A stretch of DNA of 57,283 bases from a virus (taxonomy: Duplodnaviria; Caudoviricetes). The notes below the pieces were generated by a model. The model worked only from the letters and a program-made list of their open reading frames with translations, was not told the origin of the DNA and searched no databases. The position numbers and the translations under genes are program-made. Location: positions 1 to 57,283 of IMG/VR virus record IMGVR_UViG_3300032144_000012; one strand, written 5' to 3'. Shown here in pieces: positions 35,813 through 44,689 of this stretch; position 1 is the stretch's first letter; each line of letters starts with the position of its first letter.

Positions 35813-36165
35813 GCGCCGCGACCCTCGCCCGCCTCGCCGCGAAGTACGAGCAGACCCGCGGCGTCACCACCACCATCGTCGGCGACACCCTCACCGTCTA
35901 CCTCGACGACGCCTGCCCCGGCTGCGCCCGAATGATCCTCCGCGACCACCTGCCCACCGCGTCGGTCCTCGACTACATCGGCGCCGGGATGGTCCGCGTC
36001 ACCTGGCCCGTCCTCGTCGACGACGTCCATGTCGAGTTCACCGACACCGACGACCTGAACGAGTGGATGCACCGCGTCAACGACATCCGCAAGCTCCCGG
36101 ACGCCGAACTCGCCGAGTACGCCTACGACGACACCGGCGCCGAGGACTGCGAGGTGCCCGCATGA
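35809..36165 (+). CDS. Hypothetical protein
   Basis: ATGA coupling. Confidence 0.55.
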   Translation: MSAATLARLAAKYEQTRGVTTTIVGDTLTVYLDDACPGCARMILRDHLPTASVLDYIGAGMVRVTWPVLVDDVHVEFTDTDDLNEWMHRVNDIRKLPDAELAEYAYDDTGAEDCEVPA

Positions 36166-36320
36166 CCTGGGACGAGCCCGACTGGGCCAACGAGCCCGAC
36201 TGGGAGGCCATCGCCGCCGAGCGCGCCGAGAACACCTACCCGCCCGACTACTCGAAGGTCCGAACCCTCTACGGCTACGGCTTCGGCGACGAAGACGCGA
36301 TCTGGGGGCGGGGACTGTGA
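36162..36320 (+). CDS. Small acidic protein
   Basis: ATGA/GTGA coupling; EPDW occurs twice. Confidence 0.5.
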   Translation: MTWDEPDWANEPDWEAIAAERAENTYPPDYSKVRTLYGYGFGDEDAIWGRGL

Positions 36321-37120
36321 CCGCCACGAAGCCCGCGATCCGGCGCGTCGACACCGCCCGCGGCCACTACTACATCGACGAGACCGGCGCCCGCGTCCCC
36401 GGCGTCACCACCATCATCGGCGACGGCATCCCCAAGCCCGCCCTCATCAACTGGGCAGCCGAGGCCACCGCCGACTACGCGGTGAACGAGTGGGACGCCC
36501 TGTCCGACATGCCACCGGCGACCCGCGTGAAGACGCTGTACAAGGCCCGGTACGCCGTGAAGGACGCCGCCGCGAACAAGGGCACCGCCGTCCACAGCTT
36601 CGGCGAGGAACTCGCCCACGGCCGGGAAGTCGTCGTCCCCGACGAACTCGCCGGGTACGTCGAGGCGTACGCCCGGTTCCTCGACGAGCACGAGGTCGAG
36701 CCCGTCGCCGTCGAGTTCTCCGTGTTCCACCCCGAGCAGCGCTACGCGGGGACCGCGGACCTGTGCGCGGACCTCACCGTCGAAGGCCGGCGGGTCCGCG
36801 GGCTCCTCGACATCAAGACGAACCGGTCCGGGATCTTCGGCGAGACCGCGCTGCAGATCGCCGCCTACCGGTACGCCCCGAAGTGGGTCCTCGCCGACGG
36901 CAAGGAGATCGACCGCCTCGACGTCGAGTGGACCGGCGCGATCCACGTCCGCGGCGACGGCTACTCCCTGATCCCCGTCACCGCTGGCCCCGACGAGTAC
37001 CGGGCGTTCCTGTACGCCCAGCAGGTCGCGCAGTGGACCAAGACGTCCCGCGACCTCGTCGGCGACCCCGTCATCTCCCCGGAAGCTTCCGCATACCGCC
37101 TCGTCAGGAGCCAGTCGTGA
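36317..37120 (+). CDS. PD-(D/E)XK exonuclease (Cas4/RecE-like)
   Basis: PGVTTI..KPAL..W, GTAVH, E, YAGTAD, LDIKT and LQIAAY motifs. Confidence 0.85.
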   Translation: MTATKPAIRRVDTARGHYYIDETGARVPGVTTIIGDGIPKPALINWAAEATADYAVNEWDALSDMPPATRVKTLYKARYAVKDAAANKGTAVHSFGEELAHGREVVVPDELAGYVEAYARFLDEHEVEPVAVEFSVFHPEQRYAGTADLCADLTVEGRRVRGLLDIKTNRSGIFGETALQIAAYRYAPKWVLADGKEIDRLDVEWTGAIHVRGDGYSLIPVTAGPDEYRAFLYAQQVAQWTKTSRDLVGDPVISPEASAYRLVRSQS

Positions 37121-38049
37121 CCGTCGCCACTATCCACCAGCACCCGGCCACCGACGTCGCCGTCCACCCCGGCGCCGTGTCGCTCGTCGCGTGGGCGCAG
37201 GAAGCCGACGCCGCATCGCACCTCGCCGACACCCTCTGCCGGTCCATGTTCGTCCCGGCGCAGTTCCGGGGGAAGCCCGTCGAGGCGACCGCCGCCATCC
37301 TCGCCGGGTCCGAGATCGGCCTCTCGCCGATGGCTGCCCTGCAGGCGTTCGACATCATCGACGGGCGCGCCGCCCCCCGCGCCATCACCCACCGGGCCGT
37401 CGCCCAGGCCAACGGCCACGAGATCGTCATGGCCGAGTCCACGGACGAGAAGTGCGTGATGCGCGGACGTCGTCGCGGCAACGAGGAGTGGCAGCAGGTC
37501 ACGTGGACCATGACCCGCGCGCGCAAACTCGGCCTCGCCGACAAGCGCAACTGGAAGAGTCAGCCGCAGGCCATGCTCGTGGCCCGCGCCACCTCCGAGA
37601 TCGCCCGGCTCGTCGCCTCCGACGCCCTCATGGGTATCCCGTACTCCGTCGAGGAACTGCGCGACGACGAGGCCAGCGAAGAGGCTCCCGCACGGCGCTC
37701 AGTGGGCAGTAAGCCCCGCGCGAAGGCGCCCGCCCCGGCCCTGCCCGACGAGACGCCGGCCGACGCCGAAGAGGCGCCCGCGACCGCCACGCCGTCCGAT
37801 CTCCGTCGGCTCGGGTCGGCGATGACCGAGGCCGGGATCACGGCGAAGGATGCCCGCCTCGCCGTTGCCCGCGAGGTCATCGGTCGGGACATCGCCGCCG
37901 CGCAGGAGATGACCGCAGACGAGGTCGACCGCGTCATCGAGGCGCTGGAGCAGCCCGTCGCGGAAGCCGAGATGCTGCCGGTGCAGGACCCGCCCGAGTT
38001 CGACGCGTCCGTCATGGACGGCTTCGGCCAGGGCGGAGGCGAAGCATGA
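37117..38049 (+). CDS. RecT-like ssDNA annealing protein
   Basis: FVP.QFRGKP..AIL.G.EIGL.PM.AL..I.G and W..QP..ML.ARA motifs; paired with the exonuclease. Confidence 0.75.
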   Translation: MTVATIHQHPATDVAVHPGAVSLVAWAQEADAASHLADTLCRSMFVPAQFRGKPVEATAAILAGSEIGLSPMAALQAFDIIDGRAAPRAITHRAVAQANGHEIVMAESTDEKCVMRGRRRGNEEWQQVTWTMTRARKLGLADKRNWKSQPQAMLVARATSEIARLVASDALMGIPYSVEELRDDEASEEAPARRSVGSKPRAKAPAPALPDETPADAEEAPATATPSDLRRLGSAMTEAGITAKDARLAVAREVIGRDIAAAQEMTADEVDRVIEALEQPVAEAEMLPVQDPPEFDASVMDGFGQGGGEA

Positions 38050-38339
38050 GCACCAAGTGCCGTGAGATCGGCTGCGCGCCGATCAGGGTCGGTCAGCGCG
38101 CCCAGCACTGCACCGGATGGGTCGGACCCGGAAGCACGGGCGACCCGTGCCACCAGACGTTCAGCGGGACCAGCCTCGGCGACGCACACCGCGTCGGAGA
38201 CATCACCGACGGCACCCGGCGGTGCTTGAGCGTCGAGGAGATGGCCGACCGGGGATGGCACCGGAGCGACAACGGCGTGTGGCACTGGCCCGCGCCTGAA
38301 GGCGGGTTCCCCGACGTGGAGCCGTGGGGTGCAGCGTGA
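38046..38339 (+). CDS. Phage Zn-binding protein (FDXHR-like)
   Basis: HC..CHQTFS....DAHRVG..RRC motif. Confidence 0.6.
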   Translation: MSTKCREIGCAPIRVGQRAQHCTGWVGPGSTGDPCHQTFSGTSLGDAHRVGDITDGTRRCLSVEEMADRGWHRSDNGVWHWPAPEGGFPDVEPWGAA

Positions 38340-38773
38340 CCCCCATCAAGGTCGGCGACTACACCGTCGAGGAAACCTACGACGGCGGCTTCTACGCCGT
38401 CCTCGACTCACACGGAGACCGAATCAGCAAGGTCGTCCACGTCGCCGACGGCGAGAACCCCATGTGGGTCGCGACGGCCTTCTGCTTCGCCACCATCCCC
38501 ATGGCGCTCCGGGTCGCCGCTGAGGCAGCCGGGATCGAACGGCAGCGGGTCGAGGCGACTCTGATGACGACGGAGCACATGGGCTTCGACGGCCGCCCCG
38601 GCGAGGCGTACGACGTCCTCCAGTTCGTCACCACGGATAGCGCCGGATACCTCGCGTTCCACGACGCCCTGCCGTCCGCGCTCACCCACGCTACGGACGT
38701 CGCCCGCGCCCGGTACGCCGACGACGAGCGGATCAGCACCGGGCAGGCCGCGACCGTCGGAGGTGCAGCGTGA
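38336..38773 (+). CDS. Hypothetical protein
   Basis: GTGA coupling. Confidence 0.55.
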   Translation: MTPIKVGDYTVEETYDGGFYAVLDSHGDRISKVVHVADGENPMWVATAFCFATIPMALRVAAEAAGIERQRVEATLMTTEHMGFDGRPGEAYDVLQFVTTDSAGYLAFHDALPSALTHATDVARARYADDERISTGQAATVGGAA

Positions 38774-39309
38774 GCCTCGTCACCGTCACCCTCGACATCA
38801 ACGGCGAGCAGGTCACCGCCGAGGACGCCTCCTGGTACCTCGTCGCCCCATGCGGCTGCACCCGCGGTGCCTGCGTCGTCGCCATGCCCTACGGCGGCGA
38901 ACACGTCCTCACCGAGGACGCCGCGTTCACCGAGCTCTACGGCAACGCGGAATTGCGCCGTCGCGACGTGGCCGCCGGATATAAGGCCGTCCTCGGCAAG
39001 CGCAGCGAGGCCGTTGAACGGCTCACCAGCGAGTGCCCGCACGATCCGCACTACGGCGTCCCCGCAGTCCCCATCCCCGACGGGTACGCGTGGGCCGAGC
39101 GCTACGGCTCCAACCGGGTCCATCTCGTCCCCGCCGACTACGTGGACGCCCTCCGCGTGGAGGGGGGACGCAGGGACCCCGTCGCGTCCCTCTGCTTCAC
39201 GGGCGAACCCACCCCAGGCGACAAGCACTTCTGGCGCAAGCCCTACGAGCGGGTCACCTGCCGGCGCTGCGAGAAGGTCGCCGTCAAGCTCGCCGGAGGT
39301 GCGGCGTGA
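38770..39309 (+). CDS. Hypothetical Cys-containing protein
   Basis: GTGA coupling; GGAGGT RBS. Confidence 0.55.
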   Translation: MSLVTVTLDINGEQVTAEDASWYLVAPCGCTRGACVVAMPYGGEHVLTEDAAFTELYGNAELRRRDVAAGYKAVLGKRSEAVERLTSECPHDPHYGVPAVPIPDGYAWAERYGSNRVHLVPADYVDALRVEGGRRDPVASLCFTGEPTPGDKHFWRKPYERVTCRRCEKVAVKLAGGAA

Positions 39310-39632
39310 AGCGCTCCGAACTCATCCGCCAAGCCAGACGGCACCTCCTCGCCAACGGCTGGAACCGGCAGCAGATCGCCGGGATCCTCACCACCCTCGC
39401 GCCCGCCTTCGACGCCTACGACCGCGACCGCGACGTCCACGCACTCACCACCGCCGCCAAGACCTGGCGCACCCGATCCGCCAACCCGCGGACCGACCTC
39501 GTGCGGAGCAGGCGCCTGCGCGTCGCAGCCGACATCGCCGAAGAACGCGCCGCCGACATCGCCACCAAGAACGCCGTCAAGCGCGCAGCGACCACCGCAT
39601 GGAACACCCGGAACGGGGGCAACCAGCCGTGA
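39306..39632 (+). CDS. Hypothetical protein
   Basis: GTGA coupling. Confidence 0.55.
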   Translation: MKRSELIRQARRHLLANGWNRQQIAGILTTLAPAFDAYDRDRDVHALTTAAKTWRTRSANPRTDLVRSRRLRVAADIAEERAADIATKNAVKRAATTAWNTRNGGNQP

Positions 39633-39973
39633 ACTTCACCTGCGACATGCAGCACACCAGCCAGATCCCGGCGCCAACGATCGCCCTCGCCGACCTCGCC
39701 GGCGGATGGCACGCCATCTGGAAGTGCCCCATCTGCTCACGGGTCTGCGCCTCCCCGATCCCCGAGTCGACACGGCTCCACCTCGCCGCCCTGGGCGCGC
39801 ACACCTCAACCGACGCCATCGCATCCGGCGCCGCAAACACCTACGCGGTCGCCCGCCTCGGGAAGCTGACGAGCGCGCAGATCGACCTCTGGGCGGACGT
39901 GCTCGGAAGCGAGGACGCCGACACCCTCATCCGGGCATGGGCGAACAACCCGGGCACGGAGGTGGCCCGATGA
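39629..39973 (+). CDS. Hypothetical protein (CxxC)
   Basis: GTGA coupling. Confidence 0.55.
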   Translation: MNFTCDMQHTSQIPAPTIALADLAGGWHAIWKCPICSRVCASPIPESTRLHLAALGAHTSTDAIASGAANTYAVARLGKLTSAQIDLWADVLGSEDADTLIRAWANNPGTEVAR

Positions 39974-40242
39974 GAGCGAACGCCATGACCTACCCCGAGT
40001 GGATGGAGTCCGGCTCCTGCGCCAGCAGCGACGGAGACGCCTGGTTCGCCGACAAGGGGCAGGGCGACCTCACCCGGCTCGCGAAACGCATCTGCGCAGA
40101 GTGCCCGGTCAAGCAACTCTGCCTCGCCTACGCCGTCGAGGAACGGATCACCGAAGGCATCTGGGGAGGCGTTTCGCCCCGCCCCCGCCGCCGCATGTGG
40201 GTCACCGCAGGCGAGGTCCACATGGCGGGTGAGGCAGCGTGA
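39970..40242 (+). CDS. whiB: WhiB-family transcription factor
   Basis: W...C..WF..AKRICAECPV...CL.YA..GIWGG. Confidence 0.92.
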   Translation: MRANAMTYPEWMESGSCASSDGDAWFADKGQGDLTRLAKRICAECPVKQLCLAYAVEERITEGIWGGVSPRPRRRMWVTAGEVHMAGEAA

Positions 40243-40622
40243 TCCGCGCCCCCCGCCTCGCCGAGAACCTCGGCATCAGCTACCGGCAGCTGGACCACTG
40301 GCGCCGCAAGGGCTACGTCCCCGCCTCCCACTACGCCAAGGGCGGCGGCATGGTCAGCCCCCGACGCATCACCGGCCGCCAGGACGGCGACGCGTACGGA
40401 TCCGGCTGGCACATGCTGTACGACGACGAAGCGCAGTCCGTCGCCCGCCGGTTCGCCGAGCTGCGGCAGGCGGGGTTCGACGCGTCGACCGCCGACTACA
40501 TCCGCCGCCGCATGGACGGCGAGACCCCAGCCGACCGCCCCAGGGACCTGCGCATCGCCGCCGCGACCGGCGTCGTCCTCGCCGCCATCGAACCCGCCGC
40601 ACGAGAGGCGGTCCCCGCGTGA
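40239..40622 (+). CDS. MerR-like HTH DNA-binding protein
   Basis: LGISYRQLDHW.RKG.V..GSG....Y motif. Confidence 0.75.
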   Translation: MIRAPRLAENLGISYRQLDHWRRKGYVPASHYAKGGGMVSPRRITGRQDGDAYGSGWHMLYDDEAQSVARRFAELRQAGFDASTADYIRRRMDGETPADRPRDLRIAAATGVVLAAIEPAAREAVPA

Positions 40623-41098
40623 GCGCCAACCACGACGCCCCCGACGAGACGTGGATGCTCGGCGCCCCCTGCGCCGAGAACTCGGACCTGTTCTTCCCCT
40701 ACGGCTACTCCGGCAAGTACCGGCAGCAGATCGAACAGGCCAAGGACGAGTGCCTCGGGTGCGACCGCCTCACCGCATGCCGTGAGGCGATCCTCCGCCT
40801 CCCCACCTACCAGGACCGGCACGGCATCTACGCCGCCCTCACCCCCGACGAGCGCAAAGCCCTCCGCAAGGACCGCGACACGCAGGCGAGAGACGCGGCT
40901 GCCCCGGAAGGGACGTCGGCCCCCAAGCCGCCAGCGGCCCGCCAGCGCGTCGACGACCGCCCCGAACGGACCTGGGACGACTGCGGCACCCCCGCCGCCA
41001 AGTCCCGCCACGGACGGCGCCTGGAACCCGCCTGCGCCACCTGCGTCGCCGCCGAAACCAGCAAGCGCCGCGCCAAGCGCGAGGAGGCCGCCGCGTGA
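40619..41098 (+). CDS. Second WhiB-like protein with C-terminal Zn-finger-like tail
   Basis: W...C..DLFFP..AKDECLGC....C..GIYAALTPDER, then CGT....RH...EP.C..C. Confidence 0.8.
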   Translation: MSANHDAPDETWMLGAPCAENSDLFFPYGYSGKYRQQIEQAKDECLGCDRLTACREAILRLPTYQDRHGIYAALTPDERKALRKDRDTQARDAAAPEGTSAPKPPAARQRVDDRPERTWDDCGTPAAKSRHGRRLEPACATCVAAETSKRRAKREEAAA

Positions 41099-41484
41099 CC
41101 CGCACCCGCAAGACCGCCAAGGACGCCGGCACCCGCATGGAAACCCTCGTCGCCGGCTACCTCGCCGAGCACGTCGACGACCGCATCGAACGGCGCCGCC
41201 TCACCGGCAGCAAAGACCGCGGCGACCTGTCCGGGCTCCGCCACATGGGCGGCCGGCTCGTCGCCCAGGTCAAGGACTACGGCGGCCAGGTCCAGGTCGG
41301 GCCGTGGCTCAACGAGGTCGAGGTCCAGCGCGGCAACGACGATGCGCTGGCCGGCTTCGTGATCGCCAAGCGCCGCGGGACCACCGACCCCGGCGACCAG
41401 ATCGTCCTCATGACCCTGCGGGACCTCGTCGCCCTGCTCACCGGCAGCCGCCCCGACGAGGACGACGCGGAGGTGGCGTCATGA
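41095..41484 (+). CDS. Holliday junction resolvase (PD-(D/E)XK type)
   Basis: K..GT.ME..V..YL..ERR...G..DRGD..QVK..W..E motif. Confidence 0.8.
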   Translation: MTRTRKTAKDAGTRMETLVAGYLAEHVDDRIERRRLTGSKDRGDLSGLRHMGGRLVAQVKDYGGQVQVGPWLNEVEVQRGNDDALAGFVIAKRRGTTDPGDQIVLMTLRDLVALLTGSRPDEDDAEVAS

Positions 41485-41819
41485 AGTCCTGCCCGCACTG
41501 CGACACCCGCATCCAGGTCACCCCCGAACACGTCGAGGAGTGCTCCCAGAACGCCGCCCGCTGGGCCCGCGTCGAAGCCATGGCCGACACCGCCACCCAG
41601 CACACCCCACACGCACCCGTCACCCCGACGCACACCACCGGGCTCTACGCCACCCTCCGGTCACACCCCCGGTCGCAGTCGGACGACCAGGCCGAGGCCA
41701 CCGTCCAGGCCCTCCTCGACCTCGGCTGGCGGCCCTGCCTCCGCGTCCCCGACACCACACCCGAACCGGCCCTTGTCGGCGCCGTACAGGACGCCCTCGA
41801 CCTCGGAGGCGTGTCGTGA
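41481..41819 (+). CDS. Hypothetical protein
   Basis: CPHC; coupled. Confidence 0.5.
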   Translation: MKSCPHCDTRIQVTPEHVEECSQNAARWARVEAMADTATQHTPHAPVTPTHTTGLYATLRSHPRSQSDDQAEATVQALLDLGWRPCLRVPDTTPEPALVGAVQDALDLGGVS

Positions 41820-42640
41820 AGCCCCCGTTCCCGTACTTCGGCGGCAAGATGCGCCTCGCCGACACCCTCATCCGGCTGATGCCCCCGCACCAGCACTACG
41901 TCGAGCCGTTCGCCGGCTCCCTCGCCGTTCTGCTCGCCAAGCCGCCCGTCCCGCACGAGACCGTCAACGACCTCGACGGCGACCTCGTCACCTTCTGGCG
42001 GGTCCTGCGGGAGCAGCCCGACGACCTGGAACGTCTGGGCGCGCTGACCCCACACTCTCGGGCAGAACACGCCGCGTGCGCAGAACCGGGTGCTGCGCCC
42101 ACCGATCTCGAGCGCGCCCGGCGGGTCTGGGTCAGGCTCAGCCAGGGCAGGGGTGGACTCATGTCCTCCGGGTGGAGGCACTACCAGCAGCCCTCAGGGA
42201 CTCTCGGGATGCCCGGATACCTGCACGGGTACGTCGGCCGGATCACACCCGCAGCTGAGCGTCTCGCCCGCGTCACCCTCGAATGCCGCCCCGCTGTCGA
42301 GGTCGTCAACGACTACGGCCGCCACGACGGCGTCCTCCTGTACGTCGACCCGCCGTACCTCGCGTCAACCCGCTCCAGCGGCGTCTACGGCGTCGAGATG
42401 GGCGGCGAAGACCAGCACCGGGAGCTCGCCGCCGCGCTGCGGGAGTGCACCGCCGCAGTCCTGCTGTCCGGCTACCCCTCACCCCTGTACGACGACCTGT
42501 ACGACGGCTGGCACCGCGTCGACATTCCCACCGCCACCGGGCAGGGCGGCGCCTGGGAAGACCGCACCGAGGTCGTCTGGTCCAACCGGCCCATCGGCGA
42601 GCCCGACCTCTTCACCCACCTCGCCGAGGTGACCGCGTGA
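41816..42640 (+). CDS. DNA adenine methyltransferase (Dam/D12 class)
   Basis: YFGGK, YVEPFAGS, ND and YVDPPY motifs. Confidence 0.93.
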   Translation: MKPPFPYFGGKMRLADTLIRLMPPHQHYVEPFAGSLAVLLAKPPVPHETVNDLDGDLVTFWRVLREQPDDLERLGALTPHSRAEHAACAEPGAAPTDLERARRVWVRLSQGRGGLMSSGWRHYQQPSGTLGMPGYLHGYVGRITPAAERLARVTLECRPAVEVVNDYGRHDGVLLYVDPPYLASTRSSGVYGVEMGGEDQHRELAAALRECTAAVLLSGYPSPLYDDLYDGWHRVDIPTATGQGGAWEDRTEVVWSNRPIGEPDLFTHLAEVTA

Positions 42641-42795
42641 ACGCCGTCGAGTTCGAAGCGCTCTGCCCCCACAGGCGCCTCGTGGTCTGGCGCGCCACCG
42701 GCGGCGGAGGCGTCACCGCCCACTCCGAACCCCGATGCCCCGCCTGGCACGACGGCAGGGCACGACTCATCGACCTCATCTGGGGGTACCAGTGA
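42637..42795 (+). CDS. Small hypothetical protein
   Basis: GTGA overlaps at both ends. Confidence 0.45.
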   Translation: MNAVEFEALCPHRRLVVWRATGGGGVTAHSEPRCPAWHDGRARLIDLIWGYQ

Positions 42796-44216
42796 CCGCC
42801 CTCCAGCACGTCTCTCTGTTCAGCGGAGTCGGCGGCATCGACCTCGCCATGCACCGCGCCGGGATCCAGACCGTCGCAGCCGTCGAGATCGACCGGGCCG
42901 CCCGCGGAGTCCTCGCCGACCAGTTCCCCCTCGTCAACCTGTTCACCGACGTCAGAGAGGTCACCGGTGACAAGCTCCGCCGTCTCGGACTCAAACCACG
43001 CAACACCATCGTCTCCGCCGGCTTCCCATGCCAAGACCTCTCCGTGGCGGGCCGTCGTCGGGGCATGGGTGAAGGCACACGCTCCGGGCTCTACTGGGAA
43101 GTCGACCGCATCCTGGCCGATTTCGCTCCCGCCTGGGTCGTGCTCGAGAACGTCCCTGGCCTCCTGTCGGCGTCCTGCGCCTGCCCTGGAGACGGCACGT
43201 GCGTGGAGCGAGCCCTCGCTGTTCGATGCGACGGAGAGACCCACGGAGTCCCTGGCGGAGCCTGCTGGGGACAGTGCATCCCCCGCCACGGCGGCGTCAT
43301 GGGTGCCGTCGTTGGGAGCCTGGGAGAACGCGGGTATGGGTTCGCCTACCGAGTGCTGGACGCTCGACACTTCGGAGTGCCCCAGCGGCGCCGCCGCGTC
43401 GTCATTGTCGGACGTCTTGGAGACGACGGGCGAGCACCTGCGCGCGTACTTCTTGAGCCCGAAGGCGTGCGCGGGAATCCTGCGCAGGGCATCACGCCGA
43501 GGACGCTCACTGCCGCCCGCGCTGGAGGCAGCACTGCGTCGAGTCGCGTCACGTCAGCCCTGACCACCAGGTCCACGACAGCCCTCGATGACCAGGGCAT
43601 CGCACAGCTCGTCGTCGGCGTCCTCGGTCAGCACTCGCACGCCCTCACCGCCGAAGGGCACGACGCATCCGAGGACGGCGCCGGTCGGGGCACGCCCATC
43701 GTCACCGTCGCCTTCGACCCGAAAGCGGGCGGAGACCGGACCTCGTCCGGCGCGTTCGAGGTCGGCACCGGCATCACACCGACGCTCAGCGGCGCCCGCT
43801 CACCCGCCGTCCTCTACGCCGCAGACATCGCCAACGCCCTCGACACCGCCCAGGGCGGGCCCGACGACAACAACTCCGCCCAGGGCGGGCACCTCGTCGC
43901 GTTCGCCGAGAACCAGAGAGGCGAACTCGTGGAATCGGCCACGGTCGGCGCACTCGCGCAGGGCGGAGGGAAACCCGGACAGGGGTACCCGGCCGTCCAC
44001 GACGGAACCATCGTCCGCCGGCTCACCCCGCTCGAATGCGAGCGCCTCCAGGGCTTCCCCGACGGCCACACCGACACCAGCTGGGGACGACCCCAGGCCG
44101 ACTCGCCCCGAGGCAAGCAGATGGGCAACGCCGTCGCCGTCCCCGTCTTCGAGTGGGTCGCGCGTCGAATCGACGCCGTCCACCGCCACCTGCTCACCGC
44201 GAAGGACGTGGCCTGA
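42792..44216 (+). CDS. C5 cytosine DNA methyltransferase
   Basis: LFSGVGG, GFPCQD, ENVPG, PQRRRR, RRLTPLECERLQGFP and QMGNAV motifs. Confidence 0.95.
   Translation: MTALQHVSLFSGVGGIDLAMHRAGIQTVAAVEIDRAARGVLADQFPLVNLFTDVREVTGDKLRRLGLKPRNTIVSAGFPCQDLSVAGRRRGMGEGTRSGLYWEVDRILADFAPAWVVLENVPGLLSASCACPGDGTCVERALAVRCDGETHGVPGGACWGQCIPRHGGVMGAVVGSLGERGYGFAYRVLDARHFGVPQRRRRVVIVGRLGDDGRAPARVLLEPEGVRGNPAQGITPRTLTAARAGGSTASSRVTSALTTRSTTALDDQGIAQLVVGVLGQHSHALTAEGHDASEDGAGRGTPIVTVAFDPKAGGDRTSSGAFEVGTGITPTLSGARSPAVLYAADIANALDTAQGGPDDNNSAQGGHLVAFAENQRGELVESATVGALAQGGGKPGQGYPAVHDGTIVRRLTPLECERLQGFPDGHTDTSWGRPQADSPRGKQMGNAVAVPVFEWVARRIDAVHRHLLTAKDVA
43336..43563 (+). CDS. Overlapping alternate-frame ORF inside the C5 methylase (beta-subunit-like; frame open from 42967)
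   Basis: GM...CWT....E.PS....SLSDVLE....YFLSPKACAGILRRASRRG..LP; GGAG 9 nt before ATG 43336. Confidence 0.6.
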   Translation: MGSPTECWTLDTSECPSGAAASSLSDVLETTGEHLRAYFLSPKACAGILRRASRRGRSLPPALEAALRRVASRQP

Positions 44217-44689
44217 TGCCTTGGTTCAAGGTCGACGACTCCTTCGGGGACCACCCGAAGGTCCGTCGCATCCCTCGCCGGCAGCGCGCCGCGGCCATCG
44301 GCCTGTGGACACTCGCCGGCTCGTGGGCCGCTCGGTACCTCACTGACGGAGAGATTCCCGACTACATGGTCGAAGAATTCGGGGGCTCTCGCAGGGATGC
44401 TGACGCACTCGTGAAGGTCGGCCTGTGGGAGAAGACAGAGGACGGCTACCAGTTCCACGACTGGACGGCGTGGCAGTACCCCGAGAGACGGAAGATCCCG
44501 AGAGTCGTGCGCGCCGCCGTCTATGCGCGCGACGGATTCGCTTGCCTCCGCTGCGGCTCCGTGGACGACCTGAGTATCGACCACATCTTTCCGTGGTCAC
44601 TCGGTGGATCCGACGAGCCAGACAACCTCCAGACCCTCTGCCTGCGCTGCAACAGGGCGAAGTCGGACCGGATCGAGGACGGCGACTGA
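44216..44689 (+). CDS. Replication-initiator-like N-domain fused to HNH endonuclease
   Basis: WFKVDD...HPK..TDG..LV..GLW..FHDW followed by RD...C..C..DHI.P...GG....NL..LC..CN. Confidence 0.8.
   Translation: MPWFKVDDSFGDHPKVRRIPRRQRAAAIGLWTLAGSWAARYLTDGEIPDYMVEEFGGSRRDADALVKVGLWEKTEDGYQFHDWTAWQYPERRKIPRVVRAAVYARDGFACLRCGSVDDLSIDHIFPWSLGGSDEPDNLQTLCLRCNRAKSDRIEDGD

Noticed and set aside
36317-37120. Cas4-like nuclease as a sign of a CRISPR system
   Set aside because: No array or other cas genes are visible; pairing with a RecT-like gene indicates phage recombination.
38326-40242. Recurring GGTGC(A/G)GCGTGA gene ends (..GAA-stop)
   Set aside because: They are short and degenerate, and largely explained by RBS plus GTGA coupling, unlike the exact 19-bp repeats reported.
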